A stretch of DNA of 64,000 nt from Microcystaceae cyanobacterium. GTDB lineage: Bacteria; Cyanobacteriota; Cyanobacteriia; Cyanobacteriales; Microcystaceae. Numbering within the stretch: the stretch's first letter is position 1; every line of letters starts with the position of its first letter. Location of the stretch: contig JBGTGT010000073.1 in assembly GCA_041746575.1 (NCBI GenBank), positions 1 through 64,000 on the forward strand, given 5' to 3'. Below are positions 18,935 through 29,335 of the stretch, piece after piece. A model generated the notes under the pieces. That model did not search any database. It saw only the letters and a list, made by a program, of their open reading frames with translations, and was not told the DNA's origin. A program made the translations under genes and the position numbers.

Positions 18935-21214
18935 ATGACTTGTTCTCAACCTCTGATCTTACGCCGAATCGTTTCTCAAAAGCAATTTGAGCAATTGCGA
19001 TCGCTGTGGCAACAATTAGAGAGAATGTCTGAAGAATTGGCAATTTTAATTACGAATCAAGATATTTTAAAAGAAAAAAATGCCTTGCTTCTCCCTAATG
19101 AATCAGAAATCTTTTCTTTATTGTTATCTAAAAATATCTATGCTTTAATGAGCGGCCGGAAAATCCCCGATGCGGACTCCTATCATCTGGTAATATCTTG
19201 GGATTGCCTTACCATTGAAGACTGGATGACGCAACATTCCCATTGGTGGAATAATATTGAGAAAATTGGTGATTACTTACCCTTATTGCCAATTCAGCCT
19301 GATTTATCTCTTTTAAACTATCTTAATCTTCAAATTTTAGAAATTTTAACGTCGAGTAGTGAAAACAACACTCCGCTAGCGTTTGAGCCTGTCGTGTCAG
19401 TTTTACAGCAACAAATTGCTCAAGAACAACTTTTAAACCAAGTTATTACTCAAATTCAACAAAATTTGGATTTATCGGTGATTTTAGATGTAGCTCTCAG
19501 AGAGGTTCGAAATTTCCTACAGGTAGATCGTTTAGTTATCTATCAACTTGCCGAAGAATTGTCTGGCAGTTTAAATAAACAAAAATCTTTAAAAAATTCA
19601 GGTAAAGTGACTTATGAAGCTCGCTTATTCAATCGACTTCCTTCGATGCTAAACTTAAGGGCAGAAGATGATTGTTTTATTCGTGTTTCTCATTATCAGG
19701 AAAAATACTCTCAAGGATTAATTATCGGGATTGAAGATGTAGAAACGGCTTATTCTTCTTCTTTTTGTTTAGTTGATTTCTTGCGACAATATTGGATACA
19801 AGCAAAATTAATTGTCCCTATTATCGTGGAAAAAAAACTATGGGGATTATTAATTGCACATCAATGTTTCAAAACTCGAAAATGGACTGAAAATGAAAAG
19901 GAATTTTTAGGCAAAATTGGCGAACATTTAGCGATCGCTATTGGTCAATCCCAACTTTATTCAGAAATTCAAAAACAAAAAAATAATTTTGAGCAGCGAG
20001 TCATTGAACGAACTAAAGCATTAAGGGATACTTTATTGGTTGCCCAAGCAGCTAATCAATCTAAAAGTGAATTTTTAGGTAACATGAGTCACGAATTACG
20101 CACCCCTTTAACCTGCGTTATTGGCTTATCAGGTACATTATTACATTGGTCAACGAATCAATCGCTATTACCCATCGAAAAACAAAAACAATATTTGAAA
20201 ACGATTCAAGATAGTGGAAAACATTTATTGCAATTGATCAACGAAATTCTGGAGTATTCTCAATTAGAAGCGGGTAAAACCGTTTTAGATATTCAAAAAT
20301 TCTCTATCCGGCACTTAATTTACCAAGTTTACCAAACGTCAAAAGGAGAAGCTGAACAGCAACAAATTATCCTAGAATTAGACCTAAGAATTGAGCCTGA
20401 ACTCGAAATTTTCTGGGCAGATTCTGAAAGAATTCAACAGATTTTATATCACTTAATCAGCAACGCGATTAAATTTACCCCCCAAGAAGGACGAGTTATT
20501 TTAAGGGCTTGGCGAGAAGAAGATAAATTAGGATTACAAGTTGAAGATACAGGAATTGGTATTCCAGAACATCAATTACCCCTTCTTTTTCAAACCTTTC
20601 AACAGTTAGAAAACTATCGTCAACGAACCTATGGAGGAACGGGGCTAGGACTCGCTTTAACCAAGCAATTAATTGAATTACATCAAGGAACAATTGAAGT
20701 TGAATCTGTGGTGGCACAAGGCTCTATTTTTACTGTTTTAATTCCCAATCAATACGAAAAACATATCAAAATATCTTCTCATGGAAAAAATCAAAATGAT
20801 GCACATTTAGCCAATCGAGGAATTGTTTTGATTGAGCCTGATGAAGAATTAGCAACCCTAGTATGTGAGTTATTAACAGCAGATAATTATCAAGTAATTT
20901 GGTTACTTGAAGGACTGAATTCCTTCAAAACAATAGAAGTGTTACAACCTGCTATTATTATGATTGATCAAGCGGTATTATCCAATACCCCCCTCCTGAA
21001 AAACTTAAAGCGATCGCCGACAACTAAATCGATTAAAATATTTTTAATTGGGAGTCAAATATCATCCCAAAACTGGGAGAATTTTGCACAACAAGGCATT
21101 GATGATTATATTTTAAAACCCATTCGTCCTAATCTTCTTCTCAAGGGAATTGCCGCTTTATTAGACTATACCCAAGAGAAGCCAGAAATTAGCAACTCAA
21201 ATAGCGATAGGTGA
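18935..21214 (+). CDS. cikA: Circadian input kinase CikA-type GAF-histidine kinase-receiver-like protein
   Basis: N-terminal domain, GAF (DRLVIY, EDDCF, LWGLLIAHQC), MSHELRTPL H-box, GGTGLGL, C-terminal receiver-like domain. Confidence 0.85.
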   Translation: MTCSQPLILRRIVSQKQFEQLRSLWQQLERMSEELAILITNQDILKEKNALLLPNESEIFSLLLSKNIYALMSGRKIPDADSYHLVISWDCLTIEDWMTQHSHWWNNIEKIGDYLPLLPIQPDLSLLNYLNLQILEILTSSSENNTPLAFEPVVSVLQQQIAQEQLLNQVITQIQQNLDLSVILDVALREVRNFLQVDRLVIYQLAEELSGSLNKQKSLKNSGKVTYEARLFNRLPSMLNLRAEDDCFIRVSHYQEKYSQGLIIGIEDVETAYSSSFCLVDFLRQYWIQAKLIVPIIVEKKLWGLLIAHQCFKTRKWTENEKEFLGKIGEHLAIAIGQSQLYSEIQKQKNNFEQRVIERTKALRDTLLVAQAANQSKSEFLGNMSHELRTPLTCVIGLSGTLLHWSTNQSLLPIEKQKQYLKTIQDSGKHLLQLINEILEYSQLEAGKTVLDIQKFSIRHLIYQVYQTSKGEAEQQQIILELDLRIEPELEIFWADSERIQQILYHLISNAIKFTPQEGRVILRAWREEDKLGLQVEDTGIGIPEHQLPLLFQTFQQLENYRQRTYGGTGLGLALTKQLIELHQGTIEVESVVAQGSIFTVLIPNQYEKHIKISSHGKNQNDAHLANRGIVLIEPDEELATLVCELLTADNYQVIWLLEGLNSFKTIEVLQPAIIMIDQAVLSNTPLLKNLKRSPTTKSIKIFLIGSQISSQNWENFAQQGIDDYILKPIRPNLLLKGIAALLDYTQEKPEISNSNSDR

Positions 21215-21342
21215 GGCGTTTAACTAGATAAATCAAGACAAAAAACCTTAAGGTTAGACCCTATCAATCGGATTGAGTATCAAATAAAATCACCCTATAT
21301 GTTAACCTTAAAACAAACGATTATACGAGTCAATTCTAACTT

Positions 21343-21651
21343 ATGCAGTATTTTTTCTTGATCTTGGCTTTCCTTCTTTCCTTCTTTTTTGTGATCTTCG
21401 CTTTACAAAATGCAGAGAATGTCACTATTGATTTTATTGTTACTCAAATTGAGAGTTCTCTCGCCCTTATTTTAGTGATTACCTTAGGATTAGGCATGAT
21501 TATTGGTTTGTTGGTTTCGAGTTTTAGCCTAATTAAACAACGTTTAGAAATTGCTAAACAAAACAAACAAATTCGGGAACTTCAAAAAGTGTTAGATAGT
21601 CCTCAAGAAAAGCCAGAAATTGCTTCTTCACCTGCTTCCAATCATGAATAA
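21343..21651 (+). CDS. LapA/DUF1049 family membrane protein
   Basis: FALQN after the first TM, second TM, coiled-coil tail. Confidence 0.8.
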   Translation: MQYFFLILAFLLSFFFVIFALQNAENVTIDFIVTQIESSLALILVITLGLGMIIGLLVSSFSLIKQRLEIAKQNKQIRELQKVLDSPQEKPEIASSPASNHE

Positions 21652-22339
21652 CCAACGCCTAATTGAACAGCTAAAAAAAAAGACCCTAATTGTCTCTTGT
21701 CAAGCCCCAAAAGATTCTCCCCTTTACGAGCCCAACATAATAGCGGCTATGGCGAAAGCCTCCTTTAATCAAGGGGCATTTGGCGCGAGAATTGATACTC
21801 CTGAGCATGTTGCAACAGTGAGAAAAATATTACCGAATACCCCCATTATTGGTTTATGGAAACAGGTAATTTCAGGCTACGATGTTTATATTACGCCACG
21901 CTTTTCTGATGCAGAAGCCATTGCTAAAGCTGGGGCAGATATTATTGCTATTGATGCCACTTTTAGAGAACGACCTAACGGGGAAAAAGTTGCCGATCTG
22001 ATTCGGAAAATTCAGCAAGATTTAGGTAAAATAGTGATGGCAGATATCGACAGTTTAGAAAGTGCGATCGCTGCAACTGAAGCAGGAGTCGATTGTGTCG
22101 GAACAACCCTCTATGGTTATACAAAAGACACCCAAAAGTGCCAGCCTCCTGCCTATAATTTACTGCAAGAAATGGCGCAAAGATTATCTATCCCCGTCAT
22201 TTGTGAAGGAGGGATTGCTACCCCTGAAATGGCCAGAAAAGCCTTAGCATTAGGAGCAGATGCGGTGGTTGTTGGCACAGCAATTACGGGTATTGATTTA
22301 AAAGTGCAAGCTTTTTTGGTAGCCGGTTTTAACGATTAA
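21644..22339 (+). CDS. nanE: N-acetylmannosamine-6-phosphate 2-epimerase
   Basis: LIVSCQA, PIIGLWK, VYITP, GTTLYGYT, ICEGGI, VVGTAIT; ATG 21644 overlaps the upstream stop. Confidence 0.93.
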   Translation: MNNQRLIEQLKKKTLIVSCQAPKDSPLYEPNIIAAMAKASFNQGAFGARIDTPEHVATVRKILPNTPIIGLWKQVISGYDVYITPRFSDAEAIAKAGADIIAIDATFRERPNGEKVADLIRKIQQDLGKIVMADIDSLESAIAATEAGVDCVGTTLYGYTKDTQKCQPPAYNLLQEMAQRLSIPVICEGGIATPEMARKALALGADAVVVGTAITGIDLKVQAFLVAGFND

Positions 22340-22345
22340 TTATAA

Positions 22346-23020
22346 TTATGCAGAATACTGCTGTAAAATTTGATAACAGTCTTCTACCGATAAACGATCT
22401 TGCATCGCTTCTGCTAAAGTATGATAAGCGTTCTTATGACATTCAATTAAATTTTTGGCTTGTAACAAAGACCAATTTTCTTTTTGAGAAAAAGAACTGG
22501 AATTAATATCTGCTAAAGTTAAAATTTTCCGGAGTTGCTGTCGATCTTCTTCTCCCCCTTCTGATTTTTGATAGATGAATTTTTCAGCGGCAATTCCTGC
22601 CATTAAGACGGTACATACTCGCTCTAAAATGAGAGAAAATTGCTGTAAATTTTGACTTTGATTTAATAAAGTTTCTGCGTCTATTTGTACGCCTCCTTGT
22701 CCCTTTTTTTGCTGTTTAAAGGCTTCCCATGAAGTTAAAGTATAACCCGTTACGGGAATTCCCAAATAATAAGCGGCAAGAAAATGACCTGCCTCATGGT
22801 GTATAATACGCTGACGCTGTTCTTGTCCGGCAAATAAATCTAAAACTAGCTGAATTCCTTGATTTTTCCAGCTTAACGTATCAACAGTAATTAATCCTAA
22901 GATAGTAAATGTTATCCCTGCTGGAATAAATGGTGAAATATTTAGTACGGGACTCAGTAAAGCTGATAAAGTCATGGCAAAAATGCCGATTGCAATAAGA
23001 TTTAAGGATATTTGTTGCAT
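22346..23020 (-). CDS. Membrane-anchored M41-like zinc metalloprotease domain protein (no AAA domain)
   Basis: HHEAGHFL (HExxH), MAGIAAE, GGEEDR; N-terminal TMs. Confidence 0.85.
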   Translation of the reverse strand: MQQISLNLIAIGIFAMTLSALLSPVLNISPFIPAGITFTILGLITVDTLSWKNQGIQLVLDLFAGQEQRQRIIHHEAGHFLAAYYLGIPVTGYTLTSWEAFKQQKKGQGGVQIDAETLLNQSQNLQQFSLILERVCTVLMAGIAAEKFIYQKSEGGEEDRQQLRKILTLADINSSSFSQKENWSLLQAKNLIECHKNAYHTLAEAMQDRLSVEDCYQILQQYSA

Positions 23021-23072
23021 TTTTTTATGTTAGCTCAAGACTTAATTGTCGGGCAGTAACAGAAGTTGAGGG

Positions 23073-23894
23073 CTAATTCATTGTAACAGGATAATTGGCG
23101 ATCATTAACTCTTTTCCTTTTTCTGCTTTTTCTTGTTTATAATTATTCATGCCGTATTGTAATTCCCATTCAACTAAATAACAACTTTGAAAATAATTTC
23201 TAATGACGGGGGAATCATCATAGGTTATTAACCATTGATGGGAGCAGTTTTGACTAATTTTAGCAAATCTTCGATGATCGAAGGTTGTGTGTAAATCGCC
23301 GTCCTTACCGTATAACTTAGATTTAGTTGCACTATAATAAGGCGGATCTAAAAAAATAAAAACGTCATTTCCTTGAGCATTCAATATTTCGCCATAGTCT
23401 AAATTGGTAATTTTTACATCTTCTAAAAGAGGTTTTAACAAAGCCAGTCTTTCTATAGAAGAAGGAGTAAATCTTTTCTGAAAAGCTTGAATTGAAAATC
23501 CCCCCGATTCAACAGTTCCCGAAAAAGTAATCCGATTTAAGACAAAAAAGCGAACGGCTCTTTCTAAGGCGGATAATTCTTCGACATTAACTTGCGTTAA
23601 TTCATAAAATAATTGTTTTCCATCTTGATAAATATTTTTAATGTGGTAAATTTCACTGATGAATTCATCTAAATTTTGTTGTAATTCTTGCCAAAAACAA
23701 AAAAGTTCTGGGTTTAAGTCATTAATCCAAAATTTAAGGTGGGGAAATGTCTGCTTAAGATAAATAAATACTGAACCTCCTCCGATAAAAGGCTCTCGAT
23801 AGTCTAAAAATTGTTTAGGTAAATATTTTTTTATGGTTTTAATGGCTCTTGATTTTCCACCGGGGTATCTTAAAGGACTTTTAATTAAAGACAT
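23073..23894 (-). CDS. Orphan DNA adenine methyltransferase (Dam/D12 class)
   Basis: PLRYPGGKS, EPFIGGGSV (SAM-binding), FLDPPY catalytic motif; no adjacent endonuclease. Confidence 0.92.
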   Translation of the reverse strand: MSLIKSPLRYPGGKSRAIKTIKKYLPKQFLDYREPFIGGGSVFIYLKQTFPHLKFWINDLNPELFCFWQELQQNLDEFISEIYHIKNIYQDGKQLFYELTQVNVEELSALERAVRFFVLNRITFSGTVESGGFSIQAFQKRFTPSSIERLALLKPLLEDVKITNLDYGEILNAQGNDVFIFLDPPYYSATKSKLYGKDGDLHTTFDHRRFAKISQNCSHQWLITYDDSPVIRNYFQSCYLVEWELQYGMNNYKQEKAEKGKELMIANYPVTMN

Positions 23895-23915
23895 TTTACT
23901 ATAAGCTGTAAGAAC

Positions 23916-24101
23916 ATGTTTAAAAACTCAAAAATTAAAGTAAATAATGTTAAAAAAATCAATCATTATCAACTCATCGGGTTAACCCTGCTCCTTTTAT
24001 TAACCTTACTTTCTCTGACGCAATCTTATCATTTTGCCATGATGGGATTGACTACTTTTATCTTAGCTTATCTGTCTAAAGGCATGAGAAGAAAAAAATA
24101 G
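23916..24101 (+). CDS. Possible small membrane protein
   Basis: 61 aa, two hydrophobic segments, basic ends; only 21 bp from the divergent methylase start. Confidence 0.35.
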   Translation: MFKNSKIKVNNVKKINHYQLIGLTLLLLLTLLSLTQSYHFAMMGLTTFILAYLSKGMRRKK

Positions 24102-24189
24102 GCATCTTTTTCGAGATTTGCCAACTCTGACGAAGAAAGACAAGAGAATTGAGAATAATTTGAGTTATATTTATAATCTTAACGACCTT

Positions 24190-24942
24190 ATGCTGTTGAT
24201 AAAATCCTTTTTAGCGTCTCTTATTTTTTATACCACTATTCCTTTACCTTACATAACCAATTTGGACTTTAATCGCATTGCGCGATGGTGTCCTATTGTT
24301 GGTATTTTAATCGGTATTATTTTAAGTATTATTGATCAATTAACCCTCTTGATTCAGGTTCCGATTCTCCTCCGCAATACTCTTTTAATTCTGAGTTGGG
24401 TTGGCATTACGGGGGGGTTGCATCTCGATGGGGTAATGGATACTGCCGATGGATTAGCGGTAACAAATCCTCAAAAACGATTAACGGTGATGCAGGATAG
24501 CGTGACAGGAGCGTTTGGGGTGATGGCGGCGATACTTGTTTTGTGGCTGAAATGGTCAGCCTTAGCAGAATTAAGCCAATATCGAGGACTTAGCTTAATC
24601 TTAGCGGCGGGTTGGGGACGGTGGGGGCAAGTGGTGGCGATTGCGGCTTATCCTTATCTTAAACCGACGGGAAAGGGCGCATTTCACAAAATTTACTTAA
24701 AACTCCCTCAAGATGTTTTTTTGGGGTTAATTGTCTTAATCGGTGTGAGTTTTAGCTTTCAGAAGGAAATTCTCATCATTTTATCTATCGTAACTGGAAG
24801 TGCGATCGCTTTACTGACCGGAGGGTATTTTTATCGTCGTTTAGGGGGTCAAACAGGAGATACTTATGGAGCGATTGTCGAATGGACAGAAGGGATCTTT
24901 TTGGGAATTTTTACGATTATTTTAGCTAATTTTAGTGATTAA
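24190..24942 (+). CDS. cobS: Adenosylcobinamide-GDP ribazoletransferase (cobalamin synthase)
   Basis: TGGLHLDGVMDTADG, MQDSVTGAFG, LGGQTGDTYGA; ATG 24190 preferred over TTG 24118. Confidence 0.95.
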   Translation: MLLIKSFLASLIFYTTIPLPYITNLDFNRIARWCPIVGILIGIILSIIDQLTLLIQVPILLRNTLLILSWVGITGGLHLDGVMDTADGLAVTNPQKRLTVMQDSVTGAFGVMAAILVLWLKWSALAELSQYRGLSLILAAGWGRWGQVVAIAAYPYLKPTGKGAFHKIYLKLPQDVFLGLIVLIGVSFSFQKEILIILSIVTGSAIALLTGGYFYRRLGGQTGDTYGAIVEWTEGIFLGIFTIILANFSD

Positions 24943-25415
24943 ACCACTTGTTCTGCCGCTTGTGCTAATTCTTGCGCTACCTTAATGGAATACGGCTTAA
25001 TCCACCACCAAATCAAGGGAGATAACCAACCTCGCAACGTCACAGAATAGGAGATATAGGTGCCGCAAAGCGTAGATTCCATTTGATAAGTGATTTTTTG
25101 TTCCATTCCGGGAATGGCTAACACTCGCAGACTTAATAACTCACCCGGACGTACATTTTCGACAAAAAGACGAATCGGAATGGGAGTTAATCGTGTAACC
25201 GCTTGATAAATCAAGCCGGGCTTTGGAATTAGCCCTAACGGCACATTTGTTTCCGAAAATAGGGGATGCCAAGAAACATCAGCTAAATTGACTAATTTTT
25301 GCCAAAGAACATCCACAGGTGCGGTACTTACTACCCGATAGGTTTTGTACAAGGAAAACTTACAAATCAGTCTCCCTTTTGCCGCAATTAGTTTGAAGGA
25401 AAAGTTAAGAATCAT
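24939..25415 (-). CDS. SRPBCC/polyketide-cyclase-like protein
   Basis: STAPVDVLWQKLVNLADVSWHP N-terminal pattern and C-terminal helix. Confidence 0.75.
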   Translation of the reverse strand: MILNFSFKLIAAKGRLICKFSLYKTYRVVSTAPVDVLWQKLVNLADVSWHPLFSETNVPLGLIPKPGLIYQAVTRLTPIPIRLFVENVRPGELLSLRVLAIPGMEQKITYQMESTLCGTYISYSVTLRGWLSPLIWWWIKPYSIKVAQELAQAAEQVV

Positions 25416-25876
25416 GAACGGGTCTCCTCATCACCCTAGTATCGGCAAATAATTCATTGTAAATCATTTATCTCAAATTAGCATAAGATAATCAGGTGCT
25501 AAGTTTTCAGAATTAAGAAGATAACGATAAGTAATTTAACAAAGGAGGATTGAGGAATACGCTTGGATTTAATTTTCTACACCTTTATCTATTTTTTTTG
25601 CAAAAGGTTACTTTTACCTTCTTTTAAGATTAACTCGGCTCAAATGAATTCAAAAAAGTCAACTATAGGATGATGATCCTTAACGCCCAGTATCAAATTA
25701 TACCGTTCTTGATCCGCTTGGGAAAGTTTCCAAGATTTGTTAATTTTATCAGACATACATAAAACCCGTTAATTTTAAATCTCTCCTATTGACGTTAACA
25801 GATCATTGTGATAACCAATCAAAATTCTCAGTTGACTTACGTGAATGCCTCTCAAATCAAAAGAAATAATCCTTAT

Positions 25877-26392
25877 TTATGCACCGATAGGTTCTGTATA
25901 ATTTTGAAGGTTTTCCAATTCAAACTGACGTAAAATTTTGGTTGCTTGCTCAATAATGTCCTCGCTTCCCTTTACCACAATAAGATATTTTCCGGCTTTG
26001 ATATCGTTACGATAAATCATTGCATCTTTACTGCTAGTTGTCCAAGCGACAATCCACCCTACCAATAAAGCCCCTAATGCGCCTGCCATCGCTCCAAAAA
26101 GTCCCCCAACAAGATGATTGACGATATCACTCGCGCCGCTAAGGATGATGATACGAGTCAGCAGATTGAATAAGTAACCTGCCGCAAAACCGAAAGGAAC
26201 AACCCAATACGCCAATTTTTGTGCCTGTTCAACTGCCTGTCGTTTAGGATAAATCAGACCGAATTCGTCTGCCCCCTGAAAACCTTGTCCCAGAATCGTA
26301 ATTTGTTGAACAGGAAAATTCGCCTGTAAAAGGGCTGAATAAGCATCTTCTGCTGAAATTCGCTGGGATAAAACCGCAATTAGGTAATTCAT
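25877..26392 (-). CDS. Conserved hypothetical membrane protein (glycine-zipper, general-stress-like)
   Basis: AEDAYSAL...ITILG N-terminus, GGLFGAMAGALGA zipper, YRNDIKAGKYLIVV. Confidence 0.7.
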   Translation of the reverse strand: MNYLIAVLSQRISAEDAYSALLQANFPVQQITILGQGFQGADEFGLIYPKRQAVEQAQKLAYWVVPFGFAAGYLFNLLTRIIILSGASDIVNHLVGGLFGAMAGALGALLVGWIVAWTTSSKDAMIYRNDIKAGKYLIVVKGSEDIIEQATKILRQFELENLQNYTEPIGA

Positions 26393-27333
26393 TCTTTTGT
26401 TTCCTTTGAATTTAATTTATTTTTTCGGTCTGCTTGCCACGTCTGCCGGTAAGCACCCAGTCGCTGAATAAAGGGTTTAGGGGATTCTGCGTAAACTCTG
26501 TGGCCGAGGGATTCGGCTGAAAGTTGTAATTGGGCGCGTTGGACTTGGAGACAATCCAGTAATGCCGCTAAGCTGGGGTGGTCGGTAATCGGCTTGGGTT
26601 GGCCCGTTAATAATTGACGAAAAACCGCTAAATCGTGATCTTCCCCTAGATAATCTGCTAATTGATGCACTTCTTTGCTAAAAACACCCATTGGATTCGG
26701 CCAGATCGGTTTTAAAATCCGCAGATGATACCAAAGATACTTCACCCGCTTACGCCATTCGTGTAAATTTTCGCTAGTAGGTTGTGCCATTGCTTGGTTA
26801 AACCCTTCGTATCCCCGTCGATAAACCCGCTTAAGACCGCTTTGAAGCACTGAACCTTTGAGAGCATTGTCCGGCCAATTTCCGACCCGTTCCCGTGCCA
26901 ATTTGAGGGTGGCAACCACGGAAGCAACGATGTTTTCGGTTTCCAGTACCTTTTGTCCCGCAAGATGGGCATAGGTTGCGAGTAAATGCTCAAGTTCTTG
27001 CCAAAAATCCGACGAAATAGAAGCCGTCGAATGTTCACGCAATAATGCTAACGTATTGAGCATCACTTGGGCATCCCGCACCCCAGAAAGGGAACGACCA
27101 GCCTCCCGAAAGCAGGCATTTTCTTGTTTGTAGCTTTCTTTACCCAGACCATCCCTCACCATGCGTAAAACAGCTCTTATTTTTTTAAAACACTTCCGCG
27201 CTTCATGAATGGCTTCTTCTGGATTGGATTGAATTTCCACTGCTAATTGATGGATTGCGCTGTTAATTTGTTCGTCTATGATTTGTTTAATACTTTTTGA
27301 TATACTTTCTTTGGATTGGAGTCGATAAGACAT
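26389..27333 (-). CDS. Stand-alone CHAD domain protein (polyphosphate-binding family)
   Basis: IHEARKCFKKIRA, VRDAQV, LHEWRKRVKYLWY, LGEDHD. Confidence 0.92.
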   Translation of the reverse strand: MSYRLQSKESISKSIKQIIDEQINSAIHQLAVEIQSNPEEAIHEARKCFKKIRAVLRMVRDGLGKESYKQENACFREAGRSLSGVRDAQVMLNTLALLREHSTASISSDFWQELEHLLATYAHLAGQKVLETENIVASVVATLKLARERVGNWPDNALKGSVLQSGLKRVYRRGYEGFNQAMAQPTSENLHEWRKRVKYLWYHLRILKPIWPNPMGVFSKEVHQLADYLGEDHDLAVFRQLLTGQPKPITDHPSLAALLDCLQVQRAQLQLSAESLGHRVYAESPKPFIQRLGAYRQTWQADRKNKLNSKETKE

Positions 27334-27521
27334 AGAACGTCTAATTAATTTCTACTGAATTGAAATGACTAAAGGGTTATTAATGCGTTTGTAAAAGTCT
27401 CGAAAAATGGACAACAAGCTAAAAAATATTGCCTATTCTCAAAATAGCAAAAATTCGTTTAAATCCTTCTCTTTCTCCAGAAATAAAAGAGACAAAATTA
27501 CATCCGCCTCATGACATAAAT

Positions 27522-28799
27522 TTAAAGTTGCCAGTAAAATAGTAACCAAAATCGCCCGATTAAGCGATTGCGGAGTTTGCGCTTTTTCCATCGTTTTGGC
27601 GTTACTATCTCACTTTTACGGAACGCATGAAGGAAAAAGAGTTCAACTTGTTGCCGAAGTTTCTGTTCATTATCCTTACAGCTTAAATTTAATTCATCAT
27701 TTTGAAAAAAACTACGAGGGTCAAAATTAGCACTGCCAAAACTGACCCAATGATTATCAATTAAAACCAATTTAGCGTGCATCATACTGGGTTGATATTC
27801 ATAAATAGGAATTCCCCCTTTTAATAAAAGATCATAACGCTCATAAGCAGCTTTATGAACATAAGGTTTATCACAGGTTTTTCCCATCGTTAAAATTTTA
27901 ACCTCTACCCCTCTTTGTTGAGCATCGATTAACAGTTGAATCGTATTAGGATTGGGCAAAAAATAGGGACTTGCTAACCAAAACCGTTCGGTTGCCCCCA
28001 AAATTAAAGTCTGAAATAAAGCGCGGATTGACGAATTTTGATAGCTGGGATTTTCATTAGCAGTGACTAAAATTTCGGTATTGTGGTGAGGAGTTTGCTG
28101 GAGAAAAACAGGCTTTAAATCGGCTTCACCCCCTGCATCTAGCCAGTGTTGCCAAAAAACGCCCTTGAGCCGCCAAATTATATCTCCTTCAATTCCTATC
28201 TCATAATCCAACCAAGGTTCACCCCTACACTCCTTGTCTGTACCATCCCAAAGGTCTGATATGCCTGCACCCCCAATTAATGCGATTTTTTCGTCAATAA
28301 TCAGCAATTTTCGATGATTGCGCCGTAAGTTTTTGAGAGGATTACGCCAATCAAAGGGATTATACTGACGAACTTCAATTCCTGCTTGTTTAAGTTGTTG
28401 CCAATAAGAAGAAGGCATGGATTTTGCGCCGTGACTGTCTGCTAAAAGAGCAATTTTTACCCCTTCTTGGGCTTTTTTTGTTAAAATTTCAGCAAATTCG
28501 TCAGCACGATGGCCGGGGGTCATAATATAGGTTTCAAACTGAATGAGGTGTTTCGCTTGTCTAATCGCATTCAATCGAGCCTGATAAATCGCCGCTGACT
28601 CTACCCAAAAATTCGTAATTTCGCCTCGTGTTATCCAAGAATCGGAGAGAGTAGCGACAGTAATACCAAAATGATTAAAATCTGAACGGGGAAACTGTCG
28701 AAAACGATAGGTTTGGAAAGGTTGAAAAAATCCTTTCAGATAAAGCGTCGTCACCCCAATAATGATGACAATAGCGAGAGCGAGTATTCCCCAATTCAT
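27522..28799 (-). CDS. Phospholipase D family protein, cardiolipin-synthase-like
   Basis: Two HKD motifs (NHRKLLIID, MHAKLVLID), SPYFLP, GSANFDPRS; N-terminal TM. Confidence 0.9.
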   Translation of the reverse strand: MNWGILALAIVIIIGVTTLYLKGFFQPFQTYRFRQFPRSDFNHFGITVATLSDSWITRGEITNFWVESAAIYQARLNAIRQAKHLIQFETYIMTPGHRADEFAEILTKKAQEGVKIALLADSHGAKSMPSSYWQQLKQAGIEVRQYNPFDWRNPLKNLRRNHRKLLIIDEKIALIGGAGISDLWDGTDKECRGEPWLDYEIGIEGDIIWRLKGVFWQHWLDAGGEADLKPVFLQQTPHHNTEILVTANENPSYQNSSIRALFQTLILGATERFWLASPYFLPNPNTIQLLIDAQQRGVEVKILTMGKTCDKPYVHKAAYERYDLLLKGGIPIYEYQPSMMHAKLVLIDNHWVSFGSANFDPRSFFQNDELNLSCKDNEQKLRQQVELFFLHAFRKSEIVTPKRWKKRKLRNRLIGRFWLLFYWQL

Positions 28800-29335
28800 A
28801 AATTTAATCCTATGGGTTGAGTAATTGACCTAAATGCAACATTACAGCAATTTGTGACTTTTGAAGGGTTAAGACAGGGAGCAGGTGTTAGGTGTACCCT
28901 TGCCATTGGCAGAAGACAGAATCGTTTCTAAGATGCCGTTTGCAGGATTAAACAAATCTCATTCTGATTCATTGTCTCTGTTTAGGGATCAATCCTTTTT
29001 TCAATTCTTAAAAGATATATCAAAAGGGCTATCTTTCAAACGCTGAATCTTGCGCTTGAGAGATGAAAAGAATTAGGGTGATTTGCCAGGGTAATTCATA
29101 TTCTAAAATTCTTCCCCTTTAACGGAGTAAAAAATTCTTTTTGGCATTTATATTAACGAAGCCGCCTTAACTTTTTTGAGTTATTTTTGGCAAGTGTTAT
29201 GGGCTTTTATCCTTGGTTATATCATTTTTTTAGGGGCTTCTACCAATTTAGTCAGGGTTGAGCATTCTCATTAAGGAAACTGAGAGCAACCCATCGTCGT
29301 CATTGTTAAATGATCTTTTTCTATGATCCTCAATC

